Below, piece by piece: positions 21,756-31,700 of a stretch of 64,000 nucleotides of DNA. Source of the stretch: Nitrospirota bacterium (GTDB lineage Bacteria; Nitrospirota; UBA9217). Made by a program: the position numbers and the translations under genes. Numbering within the stretch: the first letter of the stretch is position 1; every line of letters begins with the position of its first letter. The notes beneath the pieces were generated by a model. That model saw only the letters and a list, made by a program, of their open reading frames with translations, searched no databases and had not been told where the DNA came from. The stretch lies in NCBI GenBank assembly GCA_963836175.1, contig CAWIIS010000008.1:1862-65861 (forward strand), in the 5' to 3' direction.

Positions 21756-23195
21756 ATGGCTTCCAAGAGAAAAAAAGTCCTCTTCATAACAGATGGCGTG
21801 ATCATCTTCGTCGTCTGCGCGCTCATCATCGCGCTCCTGCTCAATATACAAGCCTTGAAACCCCGGATCGAGGAAGCCGCTTCGGATGTTCTGGGAATGG
21901 AGGTCCTGATCAAGGGCCGGCTGGGCATTGATCTCTTTCCGGGTATCGGCATATCGCTGAGGGAAATCAGCGTGCGGAACAAGGGGACTGATGTCATAAC
22001 GGTGGAGGTGATGAAGGTTGGGCTGGAGTTCATCGCCCTTACAAGGCGAGAGATCCGGATAAACCGGACCGGGCTTATCAAACCGGTATTCTCCCTGGTC
22101 CGGTATAAAAACGGGACATACAATGTTGAAAAACCGCAACGTGCGCCGTCGGAAAGGCCCCTTGCCGTGGAAAAGATATCCATCTCGCAGGGTCAATTTG
22201 TTTATACTGATGAAATGTCCGGTGCAAGGATCGGGGTAAATGACATCGAGGCGACCCTGCAGGACCTTTCGTACAGCCGGACGGGCGGCGCGAAACCATT
22301 CAACAACCTTTCCTTCGACGGGGACATGAAATGCGGGACTTTTTTGATCAACAGCATCAACCTGAAAAATCTCGTTATGAGAGCGGCAGTGAGAAACGGG
22401 GTGTTCGACGTAAATCCTTTCACCATGAACATTTTCAGCGGGAAGGGGACGGGGCGCATTCAGGTGGACGCAACGGGGGCATCGCCTCATTACCATGCAA
22501 TCACGACGCTTAGCAAATTCAGGATAGAGGAGGTGGTCCAGGCCTTCTCGCCCGGGACCCCCTCTCAAAAAAACATAGAAGGGCCGGCCGAATTTTTCGC
22601 GGACCTGACGGCATCTGGCAAGAGCGCGGATGAACTGAAGCGGTCGCTCAATGGTGATCTTTCCTTGAACGGGGAGGAGCTCGTGCTCACCAGCATCGAT
22701 ATCGATGCCCTTATCCCGAAGTACGAACGGAGCCAGAACTTCAACCTCGTGGATGTGGGGGCGTACTTTCTCGCCGGCCCCTTCGGGCCGGTACTTACCA
22801 AGAGCTATAATTTTGCAAGCGTGTACAAAGAGTCGCGAGTCGGCAAAAGGAGCATCACAAAGCTTGTTTCAACCTGGAACGTAAAAAACGGCATTGCCGT
22901 GGCGGCCGATGCGGCCTTTGCCACAAAAAAATACCGGATCGCCATGAAGGGCGGCTTGAATTTCATCGACGACCGGTTCGTCGACGTGACCGTAGCGGTC
23001 CTCGATAAACGAGGGTGCGCTGTCTACAGCCAGAAAGTGCACGGGCCGTTCCGTAAACCGCAGGTCGAGAAGGTGAATGTCTTCAGATCGATCACGGGAT
23101 CGGTGTCAAACGCGCTGGAAGATGCATGGAAATTCATTCAGCGTGAAAAATGCACGATATTTTACTCAGGTTCGGTGGCACAGCCCGGGGGATAA
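21756..23195 (+). CDS. AsmA-family protein
   Basis: N-terminal anchor, then LKPRIEEAASDVLGMEVLIKGRLGIDLFPGIGISLREISVRN, the typical AsmA N-terminal pattern. Long beta-rich remainder. Confidence 0.6.
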   Translation: MASKRKKVLFITDGVIIFVVCALIIALLLNIQALKPRIEEAASDVLGMEVLIKGRLGIDLFPGIGISLREISVRNKGTDVITVEVMKVGLEFIALTRREIRINRTGLIKPVFSLVRYKNGTYNVEKPQRAPSERPLAVEKISISQGQFVYTDEMSGARIGVNDIEATLQDLSYSRTGGAKPFNNLSFDGDMKCGTFLINSINLKNLVMRAAVRNGVFDVNPFTMNIFSGKGTGRIQVDATGASPHYHAITTLSKFRIEEVVQAFSPGTPSQKNIEGPAEFFADLTASGKSADELKRSLNGDLSLNGEELVLTSIDIDALIPKYERSQNFNLVDVGAYFLAGPFGPVLTKSYNFASVYKESRVGKRSITKLVSTWNVKNGIAVAADAAFATKKYRIAMKGGLNFIDDRFVDVTVAVLDKRGCAVYSQKVHGPFRKPQVEKVNVFRSITGSVSNALEDAWKFIQREKCTIFYSGSVAQPGG

Positions 23196-23376
23196 GAATA
23201 AGCCATGAAAGCCCGCCTCCTCAATCAATCCTTCTCCCCTCGGGAGAGGACAACTGCACTGATAGTCGTACTTCCCTGCACAGCTATTCATCACCTGCTG
23301 ATAATTTAATCAAATCTGACGTTCAATTAAAAACTCATATCGTGGAAAATCAATATGTTGAAGTGCTCTGTTTTGC

Positions 23377-23392
23377 TGGTACAGGACTTGCT
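23377..23392 (+). promoter_or_regulatory. Sigma-54 (-24/-12) promoter of glnK-amtB
   Basis: TGGTAC-AGGAC-TTGCT matches TGGCAC-N5-TTGCW with exact spacing, about 45 nt upstream of the glnK start. Confidence 0.7.
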
Positions 23393-23410
23393 AATAAATT
23401 GTTCACTTGA

Positions 23411-23776
<366 letters not shown>

Positions 23777-23817
23777 GAAGTGATAAGACAGAATAAAAGA
23801 AGAAAACCTTAACGGCG

Positions 23818-23914
23818 TCTCTCGCAAAGGTCGCAAAGGACGGCAAAAACAAAAAGTTTATAAAATTGAGGGGTACATGCATTCCTTTGCGAGCTTTGCG
23901 AGAAATGGCTTTGC
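23818..23914. repeat. Nonamer-repeat hairpin element, copy B1 (between glnK and amtB)
   Basis: Left arm TCTCTCGCAAAGGTCGCAAAGGACGGCAAAAAC. Right arm TTCCTTTGCGAGCTTTGCGAGAAATGGCTTTGC. About 85 percent identical to copy B2. Confidence 0.7.
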
Positions 23915-23969
23915 TTCGTTCCAGCTTTCCCGTGTTTAGAAATGAAAAAAATATGCAGGAGGATCTGTT

Positions 23970-25304
23970 GTGAAAATGATGTCCAATGGAAAACACACGA
24001 TGCTGTCCCTTATATCAGTAGTGACCGCCCTGGCCGCGTCCCCGGCATTCGCACAGGCTGCGGAGGCCGCAGCAGCGCCCACGATCGATACCGGAGACAC
24101 TGCCTGGATCCTGATGTCCACGGCGCTCGTGATGCTCATGACGCCGGGGCTGGCGCTGTTCTACGGCGGCATGGTGAGAAAGAAGAACGTGCTCGGCACC
24201 ATCATGCACAGCTTCGTCGCCATTGCGCTCGTGAGCGTTCAATGGATCCTGCTCGGGTACTCGCTGGCCTTCGGGCCGGATATCAAGGGCTTGATCGGGA
24301 ATCTCGACTGGGTCGGCCTGAACGGGGTCGGGCTCCTGCCGAACGCCGACTATGCTCCGACGGTCCCGCACATGGCGTTCATGATCTACCAGGCAATGTT
24401 CGCGGTGATCACGCCTGCGCTCATCAGCGGTGCTTTCGCCGAACGCATGAAATTCTCAGCTTTTATCGTTTTTACGCTTCTCTGGACCACGATCGTCTAC
24501 GATCCTGTTGCGCACTGGGTATGGGGCACGGGCGGCTGGATGAAAAGCCTCGGTGTGCTTGATTTTGCCGGAGGCATCGTGGTCCATGCAACCTCGGGCT
24601 TTTCCGCCCTTGCCGCGGCACTCTATATCGGCAAGCGCAAAGGATTCCTGCATGAGCAAATGCCTCCGCACGATCTCCCGATGACCGTGCTGGGCGCGGG
24701 GCTGTTATGGTTCGGGTGGTTCGGATTCAACGCGGGAAGCGCGCTCTCCTCAGGCGGGCTTGCCACCATGGCCTTTGTCACGACCCACACGGCAGCGGTG
24801 TCGGCCACGCTCACCTGGGTCTTTGTTGAATGGTATCACCGGGGCAAGCCGACCATGTTCGGAGCGGCCACGGGCGCCATCGCGGGACTCGCCACGATCA
24901 CCCCGGCAGCAGGGTTCGTCGGTCCCATGCCCGCCTTGTTCATCGGTGTCGTTGCCGCGTTGTTGTGTTATACTGCGCTGAATGCAAAAACGAAGTTCGG
25001 CTACGATGACTCCCTTGACGCCTTCGGGGTACACGGCGTCGGAGGCACGGTTGGTACCATCCTGGCAGGCGTCTTCGCTTCGGTTGCCATTAATGCGGCA
25101 GGCGCGAACGGCCTTCTCTTCGGCAACCCCCGGCAGCTGGCGGTGCAGGTCGGGGCAGTGGCGCTGGTAGCGGTCTACTCCTTTGTGGTGAGCCTGGGGC
25201 TCTTCAAGCTGATCGATCTGGTGATGGGTGTTCGTGTTGACCGGGATCAGGAAACAGAAGGGCTCGATCTCAGTCAGCACGGCGAGAACGGCTATACGTC
25301 GTAA
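23970..25304 (+). CDS. amtB: Ammonium transporter
   Basis: AGGAGG RBS and GTG start. Signal peptide, then DTGDTAWILMSTALVMLMTPGLALFYGGMVRKKN and DFAGGIVVHATSGFSAL signatures. Confidence 0.92.
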   Translation: MKMMSNGKHTMLSLISVVTALAASPAFAQAAEAAAAPTIDTGDTAWILMSTALVMLMTPGLALFYGGMVRKKNVLGTIMHSFVAIALVSVQWILLGYSLAFGPDIKGLIGNLDWVGLNGVGLLPNADYAPTVPHMAFMIYQAMFAVITPALISGAFAERMKFSAFIVFTLLWTTIVYDPVAHWVWGTGGWMKSLGVLDFAGGIVVHATSGFSALAAALYIGKRKGFLHEQMPPHDLPMTVLGAGLLWFGWFGFNAGSALSSGGLATMAFVTTHTAAVSATLTWVFVEWYHRGKPTMFGAATGAIAGLATITPAAGFVGPMPALFIGVVAALLCYTALNAKTKFGYDDSLDAFGVHGVGGTVGTILAGVFASVAINAAGANGLLFGNPRQLAVQVGAVALVAVYSFVVSLGLFKLIDLVMGVRVDRDQETEGLDLSQHGENGYTS

Positions 25305-25363
25305 GAAGGAAACGCAGAGCGCATGGGCCTTCGGAGCAAAAACAACAACAAAAATTAAAGGCA

Positions 25364-25466
25364 TCTCTCGCAAAGGCGCAAAGGACGCAAAGAACGGCAA
25401 AAACAAAAAGGTTTACTTCTAAATCCAAGACGTACAAGCATTTCTTTGCGCGCTTTGCGCCTCAGA
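25364..25466. repeat. Nonamer-repeat hairpin element, copy B2 (downstream of amtB)
   Basis: Left arm TCTCTCGCAAAGGCGCAAAGGACGCAAAGAACGGCAAAAAC. Right arm TTCTTTGCGCGCTTTGCGCC. Same orientation as B1. Confidence 0.7.
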
Positions 25467-25525
25467 GTGGCCCGTTTATCGGCCATTGCGAGAAAAAGAT
25501 TTGCTTTATTCCGGCTTGTCCAGAT

Positions 25526-25557
25526 AAAAAGCCCATCCTATGCGGATGGGCTTTTTT
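25526..25557. terminator. Bidirectional rho-independent terminator (amtB / emrB convergent)
   Basis: AAAAA-GCCCATCC-tatgc-GGATGGGC-TTTTTT. Confidence 0.75.
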
Positions 25558-25585
25558 GTGTCTGTCGTCTTCTCTCCGGACATGG

Positions 25586-27133
25586 TCAATGCACATCTGC
25601 CCGCGGTCCACCTCCCGGCGCTTTCTGCCACTTCATGATGAACACCAGCGGCAGGACGGAAAGGATCAGGAAGCAGATGATGAGGAAGGCGTCGGTGAAC
25701 GCAAGGGTCGTGGACTGCCTGACCAGTTCCCGGTACAGCATGCCGTCGGCCCCGGCCGCGGGAAGTCCCTTTGCCGCAAGCAATCCCGCCGCTTTTTCGT
25801 GATAGATCTGATAGGAGGGGTCAAAGGGCGACAGGTGCTCCACCAGGCGGGTCTGGTGCAGCTGCGCCCTGCGGGAGAGGATGGTCGTGGTAAAGGCAAT
25901 GCCCACGCTTCCGCCGAGATTCCTGAGCAGGTTGTAGAGCGACGTTGCTTCGGTCATGAGTTCCCTGGGAATGTGCGACAGCGTGAGCGTGGTGAGCGGG
26001 ATGAAGGTCATGCCCATGCCGAAGCCTAGGAACACGCGCGGCCAGACAAAGGTCCAGAAGTCGGTCGTGAGATTGAACCGCGACATCATATAGGTGCTGA
26101 CGGCGCAGACGCAGATGCCGACCACGAGGAAGCGCTTGGGGTTCACCTTGCCGATGAACTTGCCCACAAGGGGCATGGCGAACATGGTGGCGATGCCGCC
26201 CGGGCCGAGCACGAGCCCTGCATAGAACGAAGTGTAGCCCATCATCATCTGGAGGTAGATGGGCAGGAGCACGATGCTGCCGAAGAGATTCAGGAACACG
26301 AAGAACATGACGGTGGAGCCGCTGGTGAAGGTGCGGTCCTTGAACAGCTTCAGGTTCACGATGGGGTGTTCGGAATAGTATTCATTGATTACGAGCAGCG
26401 TGAGCGAGACCAGGGAGACGACGCCGAGGCTGAGGATCAGGTTGGAGCTGAACCAGTCCTCGTTCTCGCCCTTGTCGAGCATGAACTGGAGCGCGCCGAG
26501 GCCCACGGAAAGGAAAACCAGCCCCCAGTAGTCGATCTTCATTTTCTGGCGCTGCATGTAGGGCGGGTCCTGGATCACGAGGACGTTCATGATGATCGCG
26601 AAGATCCCGATGGGGATGTTGATATAGAAGATCCATCGCCAGGACATGGTGTCGGTTATCCATCCGCCGAGCAGGGGGCCGACGATGGGGCCGAGCATGG
26701 CGCCCATTCCGAAGATGGCCATGGCCAGGCCGTGTTTTTCCCGAGGGAACGATTCGAGCAGGATCGACTGGCTGATGGGAACGAGCCCGCCGCCCGCGAG
26801 CCCCTGGATCACGCGGAAGAAGACGAGGCTGTTCAGGCTCCAGGCGGAACCGCACATGAACGAAGCGAAGGTGAACAGGGCGATGGACGCGATCTGGTAG
26901 TTCTTCCTGCCCATGAGCTTGGCAAGCCAGCCCGCCATGGGGATCACGATGGCGTTCGAGACGAGGTAGGCCGTAATTGTCCAGGTGGCCTCATCGTATC
27001 CTGCCGAGAGCGAACCGCGAATGTGGTCGAGCGAGACATTCACGATCGACGTATCGATGATCTCGATCAGGGTCGGCAGCATGACCGTGAACGCGATCAG
27101 GCCGAGGCTTTTCGTGTTGTGCTGCACGGTCAT
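25586..27133 (-). CDS. MFS (DHA2, 14-TMS) multidrug efflux permease, EmrB/QacA type
   Basis: 515 aa, polytopic. N-terminal LIAFTVMLPTLIEIIDTSIVNVSL and motifs typical of the EmrB family. Overlaps the upstream HlyD-family gene by 4 nt. Confidence 0.85.
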   Translation of the reverse strand: MTVQHNTKSLGLIAFTVMLPTLIEIIDTSIVNVSLDHIRGSLSAGYDEATWTITAYLVSNAIVIPMAGWLAKLMGRKNYQIASIALFTFASFMCGSAWSLNSLVFFRVIQGLAGGGLVPISQSILLESFPREKHGLAMAIFGMGAMLGPIVGPLLGGWITDTMSWRWIFYINIPIGIFAIIMNVLVIQDPPYMQRQKMKIDYWGLVFLSVGLGALQFMLDKGENEDWFSSNLILSLGVVSLVSLTLLVINEYYSEHPIVNLKLFKDRTFTSGSTVMFFVFLNLFGSIVLLPIYLQMMMGYTSFYAGLVLGPGGIATMFAMPLVGKFIGKVNPKRFLVVGICVCAVSTYMMSRFNLTTDFWTFVWPRVFLGFGMGMTFIPLTTLTLSHIPRELMTEATSLYNLLRNLGGSVGIAFTTTILSRRAQLHQTRLVEHLSPFDPSYQIYHEKAAGLLAAKGLPAAGADGMLYRELVRQSTTLAFTDAFLIICFLILSVLPLVFIMKWQKAPGGGPRADVH

Positions 27134-28011
27134 TTTGCGAGCACCGTGGGTTCCACGGACATGCCGACCTTGAGCAGATGGTCCTTGTCCGCGCCCTTTT
27201 CAAGAACGATCTTGACCGGGACCCGCTGGACCACCTTCACGTAGTTGCCGGTCGCGTTCTCGGCAGGGAAGAGCGAAAAGGAGACGCCGGTGCCGGCCAT
27301 GATGCTGTCCACCGTACCGCTAAATCTCATGCCGGGATAGGCATCCACCTTGATCCGCACGCTCTGGCCCGGCCGGATGCGTGCCAGTTCGGTTTCCTTA
27401 TAATTGGCGATGATGTGGATGTCTTCGAGCTCCACGATTGCCATCAGGGGCTGGCCCACCTGTACCTGGTTCCCAATCTGGACGGACTTTCGCGTGACAT
27501 ACCCGCCCGACGGCGCCACAATGGTCGTATAGCCCAGGTTGAGATCGGCCTGCCGCAGCTGTTCTTCAGCGAGCTTCACCTGCGCCGCGGCGATCTCCTG
27601 GTTCGAGATCGTTTTATCGTACCGGTCGGCCGAGTTGGCGTCCTGGTCGAAAAGGGCCTTCGCCCGCTTCAGCTCACGGTCCGCCTGGCGGAGATTGGCG
27701 CGCTGGAGTTCGAGGTTTGCCCGGGAAGCCTCGACGCGAGACCGGTAGTCCATGGGGTCCAGTTCTACCAGCAGGTCGCCCTGCCTTACCAGCTGGTTGT
27801 CGTTAACGAGAACGGTCTTGACGCTCCCGCCGACCCGGGCCGCGATGGTGTGGATGTTGCCCTCGATGAACGCGTCGTCGGTGGAAATGTGCGTCTTGTT
27901 GTAGGCGCTGATGAAGTATCCGGCGATCAGGCCGATAGCGACGACAGCGCCTACGATCATGAAGGCTTTTTTCTTTTTCTGTCCGTTGTTGGACGGTGAT
28001 TGTTCATTCAT
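27130..28011 (-). CDS. HlyD-family membrane fusion protein (EmrA-like)
   Basis: Single TM, then STDDAFIEGNIHTIAARVGGSV, a coiled coil and a beta-barrel. GGGAGC RBS precedes the MNEQ start at 28011. Confidence 0.85.
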   Translation of the reverse strand: MNEQSPSNNGQKKKKAFMIVGAVVAIGLIAGYFISAYNKTHISTDDAFIEGNIHTIAARVGGSVKTVLVNDNQLVRQGDLLVELDPMDYRSRVEASRANLELQRANLRQADRELKRAKALFDQDANSADRYDKTISNQEIAAAQVKLAEEQLRQADLNLGYTTIVAPSGGYVTRKSVQIGNQVQVGQPLMAIVELEDIHIIANYKETELARIRPGQSVRIKVDAYPGMRFSGTVDSIMAGTGVSFSLFPAENATGNYVKVVQRVPVKIVLEKGADKDHLLKVGMSVEPTVLAK

Positions 28012-28024
28012 GCTTTTAGCTCCC

Positions 28025-28090
28025 AAGTAAAAATTCCAAATAGCAAATTACAAATTACAAATAATATCCAAATTCAAAATTCCAAGTCCC
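28025..28090. repeat. AT-rich heptad-repeat tract between tolC-like and emrA-like genes
   Basis: AAATTCC AAATAGC AAATTAC AAATTAC AAATAAT ..CCAAATTCAAAATTCCAAG. Shares the AAATTCCAAG/CAAATTACAAATAA strings with 57181-57204. Confidence 0.55.
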
Positions 28091-28098
28091 CTTGCTGC

Positions 28099-29388
28099 TC
28101 ACTGCCCGTACGCGGTCACCAGGTCCTTGCCCATGGCGTACAGCAGGTTGGCCTCGGCCCGCTGCATGGCATAGGTTGCGCGCCAGAGGTTGGATTCCGC
28201 TGTTGACAGGAGCGTGACCGCGTCCAGCACCTCGGTGGTGGTCCCCACTCCCTCTTTGAACCGGAGCCTATGCAGCCGCAAGTTCTCTACAGCAGCGGCA
28301 ACGGCGGTGTTCGCCACTTCGACCTTCTGACGGGAGGTCTGCTGGTCGAGATAGGCCGCCTTGACCGCGAGTTTGACGGTGTCGAGCATCTTCTCCCTGA
28401 CGAGCTTGAGCGACCGCAGTTCGCTGTTTGCCATGCCGGCCCTGGATCTGCTCGCTCCGCCCGACGAAAGGTTGACGTTCACCCCGGCGATCAGGGACCA
28501 GTTGTCCTGGTGCACCAGGTACTTGTTCTCCTGGTTCTCATATCCGCCGGAGAGATAGAACGTAGGGAGGTACTCCGCTTCGATCGTCCGGACGCTCTCA
28601 GTTTTTGCAGCGATCTTCGCGTCCATGTCCCTGAGGTCGGAGCTCTCCGCCTCTGCCGCTGCCCATGCCGCCTCCAGCGTGATGCCGGTGGCCGGACTGG
28701 GCTTGACCTCTTCTGCCTGGACGGGATCGTTCAAAGGCTTCAAAAGCAGGCTGTTGATCCTCGATGCTTTGAGCGAAAGCAGGTCCTCGGCGGAGAGAAG
28801 CCTCTGACGGGAGTCGGCGAGCGTGACCTCGGACTGGAGCACTTCATTCTTCGTGATGACGCCGGCCTTGAGCCGCGCTTCAGCGTCCTTCCGGTGCGCT
28901 TCGTAGCGCGTGACCTCTTCGCCTGCCACATGCAGGAGCTTTTCGGATTCCAGCAGGTCGAGATAGGAGACGATAAAATCCAGGGCCGATTGGTTTCTCA
29001 CCCGCACGGTCCCGATCTCCCGGGCTTTGAGGCCGAACTTAGCCGCATCGATGGAGGAAGAGGTCTTGCCGAAGTCATAGAGCATCTGTGTGGCCCGGAC
29101 GCCATAGGTCGTGAACTGGTCCTGGGACGTGGGCATGGAACCGAACGGCGTTTTTGCCTCGGGCTGGTACCGAAGCCACGTTTCGCTGCCATAAAGATCG
29201 ACAGAGGGAAGCCAGGGAGCTCGGGCGAGCGAGACCGTCTCCCGTGCGATGACTTCGTCGGACCGGGCGATATTCACGTCCCGCCCGTTCTCGGTAACGG
29301 CTTTGAGCCCTTCTTCCAGCGTCAGGGCATGGCAGGGGAGCGGCGCGAACAGCAGGGCCAGGGGCAGGGCAAGGACCAATCGCTTCAT
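28099..29388 (-). CDS. TolC-family outer membrane efflux protein
   Basis: Signal peptide MKRLVLALPLALLFAPLPCHA. Two-repeat coiled/beta architecture with LTLEEGLKAV and ...ANLLYAMG. First gene of a tolC-emrA-emrB type operon. Confidence 0.85.
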   Translation of the reverse strand: MKRLVLALPLALLFAPLPCHALTLEEGLKAVTENGRDVNIARSDEVIARETVSLARAPWLPSVDLYGSETWLRYQPEAKTPFGSMPTSQDQFTTYGVRATQMLYDFGKTSSSIDAAKFGLKAREIGTVRVRNQSALDFIVSYLDLLESEKLLHVAGEEVTRYEAHRKDAEARLKAGVITKNEVLQSEVTLADSRQRLLSAEDLLSLKASRINSLLLKPLNDPVQAEEVKPSPATGITLEAAWAAAEAESSDLRDMDAKIAAKTESVRTIEAEYLPTFYLSGGYENQENKYLVHQDNWSLIAGVNVNLSSGGASRSRAGMANSELRSLKLVREKMLDTVKLAVKAAYLDQQTSRQKVEVANTAVAAAVENLRLHRLRFKEGVGTTTEVLDAVTLLSTAESNLWRATYAMQRAEANLLYAMGKDLVTAYGQ

Positions 29389-29716
29389 GGTGGCACCTCA
29401 GGGGGTTCATTTGAATGTAAGTGCTCGCTATACTACACGAAAAAACGGGAAAAATAAAGGCTGGAATTGCGGCTGAATGCGGATGAGGAGCTGCTTTTTT
29501 TATTTTCCCGTCAGGGTAAGTATACCAGTAATCACTCCCTGCCCGCGAGAGAGGTCCGCAAGCCGAAGCTCGCAATCGAATGACCCCATTGGACCGCTTG
29601 CGTTTTTTGTCGAATTCGCCTATGCTCATCTCGCAGTGCCATTTTTGAACCGCTGGATAGAAACAACGCAAGAGGTCTTTGCCCAATAAAATCCGTCTGG
29701 GAGCTATCAGCCAAGT

Positions 29717-30478
29717 ATGATTTCGCCGGGTGAACATGATCATGGGATACGCTTGACATCGTCTCCCTTGGGTAAATGTATTCTCGGGCTTCTCCTGGTG
29801 TCAGCTTTTTCAGCCGTGACGTATGGAAGAAATAACGTGTGGCACGACCATATAGGGCTGCTGAAGGACACGATACTGAAGAGTCCCGCCAAGCTGCGCC
29901 CCTGGAACAATATCTGCAAGTTTTATGCGGACCAGGGCCAATTTGACGATGCCATCGGAGCGTGCAAGCAAGCCCTTGCGCTCGGGCCCGGTGATGAACA
30001 CGGGCATGAGAATCTTGGGGTCGCCTACGCGGCCCTTGGCCGTTACGATGAGGCTTATGCCGAATATCGGGCCGCGTTGACGAGCAATCCGGATTCTCTT
30101 AATGCTCATAATAACATCGGAGTTTTATACGAACGCGAAGGCAGGCTTATCGAAGCGCTGGCAAAATATATCCTGGTTTTGAAGATCGCCCCGTCGTTTT
30201 TCAGCGCACACTATAATGCGGGCAATGTATATTTTAAAATGGGTCGTCTTGACGAAGCGCGCGGGGAATTCGAGGCCGCGATCATGATCAATCCCGACGC
30301 TGTCGAGGCACACAGCAACCTTGGGGTGGTGTTTGAAAAGCAGGGGCGCATCGGGGAGGCGATCCGGGAATACAAGGCCGCGTTAAAATTGAATCCGGCT
30401 GATGAGATCGTGCGTTCGAACCTTTTAACGCTGGAGCACAAGGTCGCCCGCGAGGGCGAAGAATGGTCGGGTCCGTAA
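29717..30478 (+). CDS. TPR-repeat protein (N-terminal anchor; start uncertain)
   Basis: Six or so 34-aa repeats with the A..Y..AL...P pattern (e.g. AHNNIGVLYEREGRLIEALAKYILVLKIAP). Confidence 0.7.
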   Translation: MISPGEHDHGIRLTSSPLGKCILGLLLVSAFSAVTYGRNNVWHDHIGLLKDTILKSPAKLRPWNNICKFYADQGQFDDAIGACKQALALGPGDEHGHENLGVAYAALGRYDEAYAEYRAALTSNPDSLNAHNNIGVLYEREGRLIEALAKYILVLKIAPSFFSAHYNAGNVYFKMGRLDEARGEFEAAIMINPDAVEAHSNLGVVFEKQGRIGEAIREYKAALKLNPADEIVRSNLLTLEHKVAREGEEWSGP

Positions 30479-30605
30479 GGTACAAACAAAGCTAGGACCC
30501 CCAACGGTACCCGCCTGCCTCCATTTCTATCCTTGCCCTTTGCAACCACTTGTAGTAAAGTTTTCCATAATTCGCGCGGCAACCCCGGAGGGTCACCAGG
30601 AGAAC

Positions 30606-31592
30606 ATGCGTATGGCAAGAACGAAACGCTCACCCGTGTTTTTGCTGTTCGGCGCTGTTTTACTCGTCATATTGACCACGCTTGCGCTGGGCGTCCTGTG
30701 GGGGAATACACCGTTCGTCAATGGGCCCCTCCATGCGGCGGCCGAGGCCCTGGGCGCGATGTCCGCGGTCGTCATGGCGGTCTTTCTCCTGCAGGGTAAA
30801 TCAGAACAGGATGTCGAGAAATATTCCCCCCTCGCCATAGGCTTTCTCGCCATGGGCATCCTGGACGGCTTTCACTCCGTCTCCGGACGCGGACACGGCT
30901 TTATCCTGTTTCACAGCGTTGCAAGTCTCGCCGGCGGTCTCGGCTCCGCGCTCATCTGGTCCCCTCAATACGTGAACCGCTCAATAAAAACAGACGGGCG
31001 GCTTGCGTGGACGATCGCGGGGAGTCTGATCGTACTCGGGGTCCTTACGGTCCGGTATCAACAATGGGTCCCGGCGATGGTGGAAAACGGCGTATTTACC
31101 CCGGCCGCAATAACGATCAACCTCGCTGCCGGGGTTTTGTTCATCTCCGCCTCCGTTTATTTTCTGGTCGATTTCTCCCGCTTTCATAAGAGCGAATCCT
31201 ATCTCTTTTCCTGCCTGTATTTACTCTTCGGCCTGGCCGAGCTGGAGTTTCCCTTCTCCTCGGCCTGGAACGCGCAATGGTGGTTCTGGCACTTGCAGCG
31301 CCTGGGAGCATACCTGGTCGTCCTCTATTTTCTGTTTCACACGTTTCACCGGATCGCGCTCGAAAGAAACCAGCTTATCCTTCAACTCCATGAAGCTTTC
31401 GGCGAAGTCAGGCAGTTAAGCGGTCTGCTGCCGATCTGCGCCTCCTGCAAAAAGATACGGAACGACAAGGGCAGTTGGAAACACATAGAATCCTTTATCA
31501 GCGAACATTCGGAAGCGGAGTTCAGCCACGGACTGTGCCCTGAATGTTCAACGAGAGCTTTTGAAGAGCTGAACCGGCTGACAAAAAAATAA
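30606..31592 (+). CDS. Polytopic membrane sensor-like protein with a conserved Cys-rich C-terminal module
   Basis: AGGAGA RBS. About 7-8 TM helices, a short coiled coil, then LLPICASCKKIRNDKGSWKHIESFISEHSEAEFSHGLCPEC. Confidence 0.6.
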   Translation: MRMARTKRSPVFLLFGAVLLVILTTLALGVLWGNTPFVNGPLHAAAEALGAMSAVVMAVFLLQGKSEQDVEKYSPLAIGFLAMGILDGFHSVSGRGHGFILFHSVASLAGGLGSALIWSPQYVNRSIKTDGRLAWTIAGSLIVLGVLTVRYQQWVPAMVENGVFTPAAITINLAAGVLFISASVYFLVDFSRFHKSESYLFSCLYLLFGLAELEFPFSSAWNAQWWFWHLQRLGAYLVVLYFLFHTFHRIALERNQLILQLHEAFGEVRQLSGLLPICASCKKIRNDKGSWKHIESFISEHSEAEFSHGLCPECSTRAFEELNRLTKK

Positions 31593-31700
31593 ATCAGAAG
31601 CAGGAATGGTGGAATGTCCGTTGGCGAAATAATACACTCGCGGAGTGCAGGCGAAATTTTGGAGCACAGGAAGATCCTTAAAAAGGAAGGAGAGCCGATC

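Noticed and set aside
29838-29856. TGGCACGACCATATAGGGC sigma-54-like string
   Set aside because: It is inside the TPR coding sequence and lacks a GC at the -12 position.
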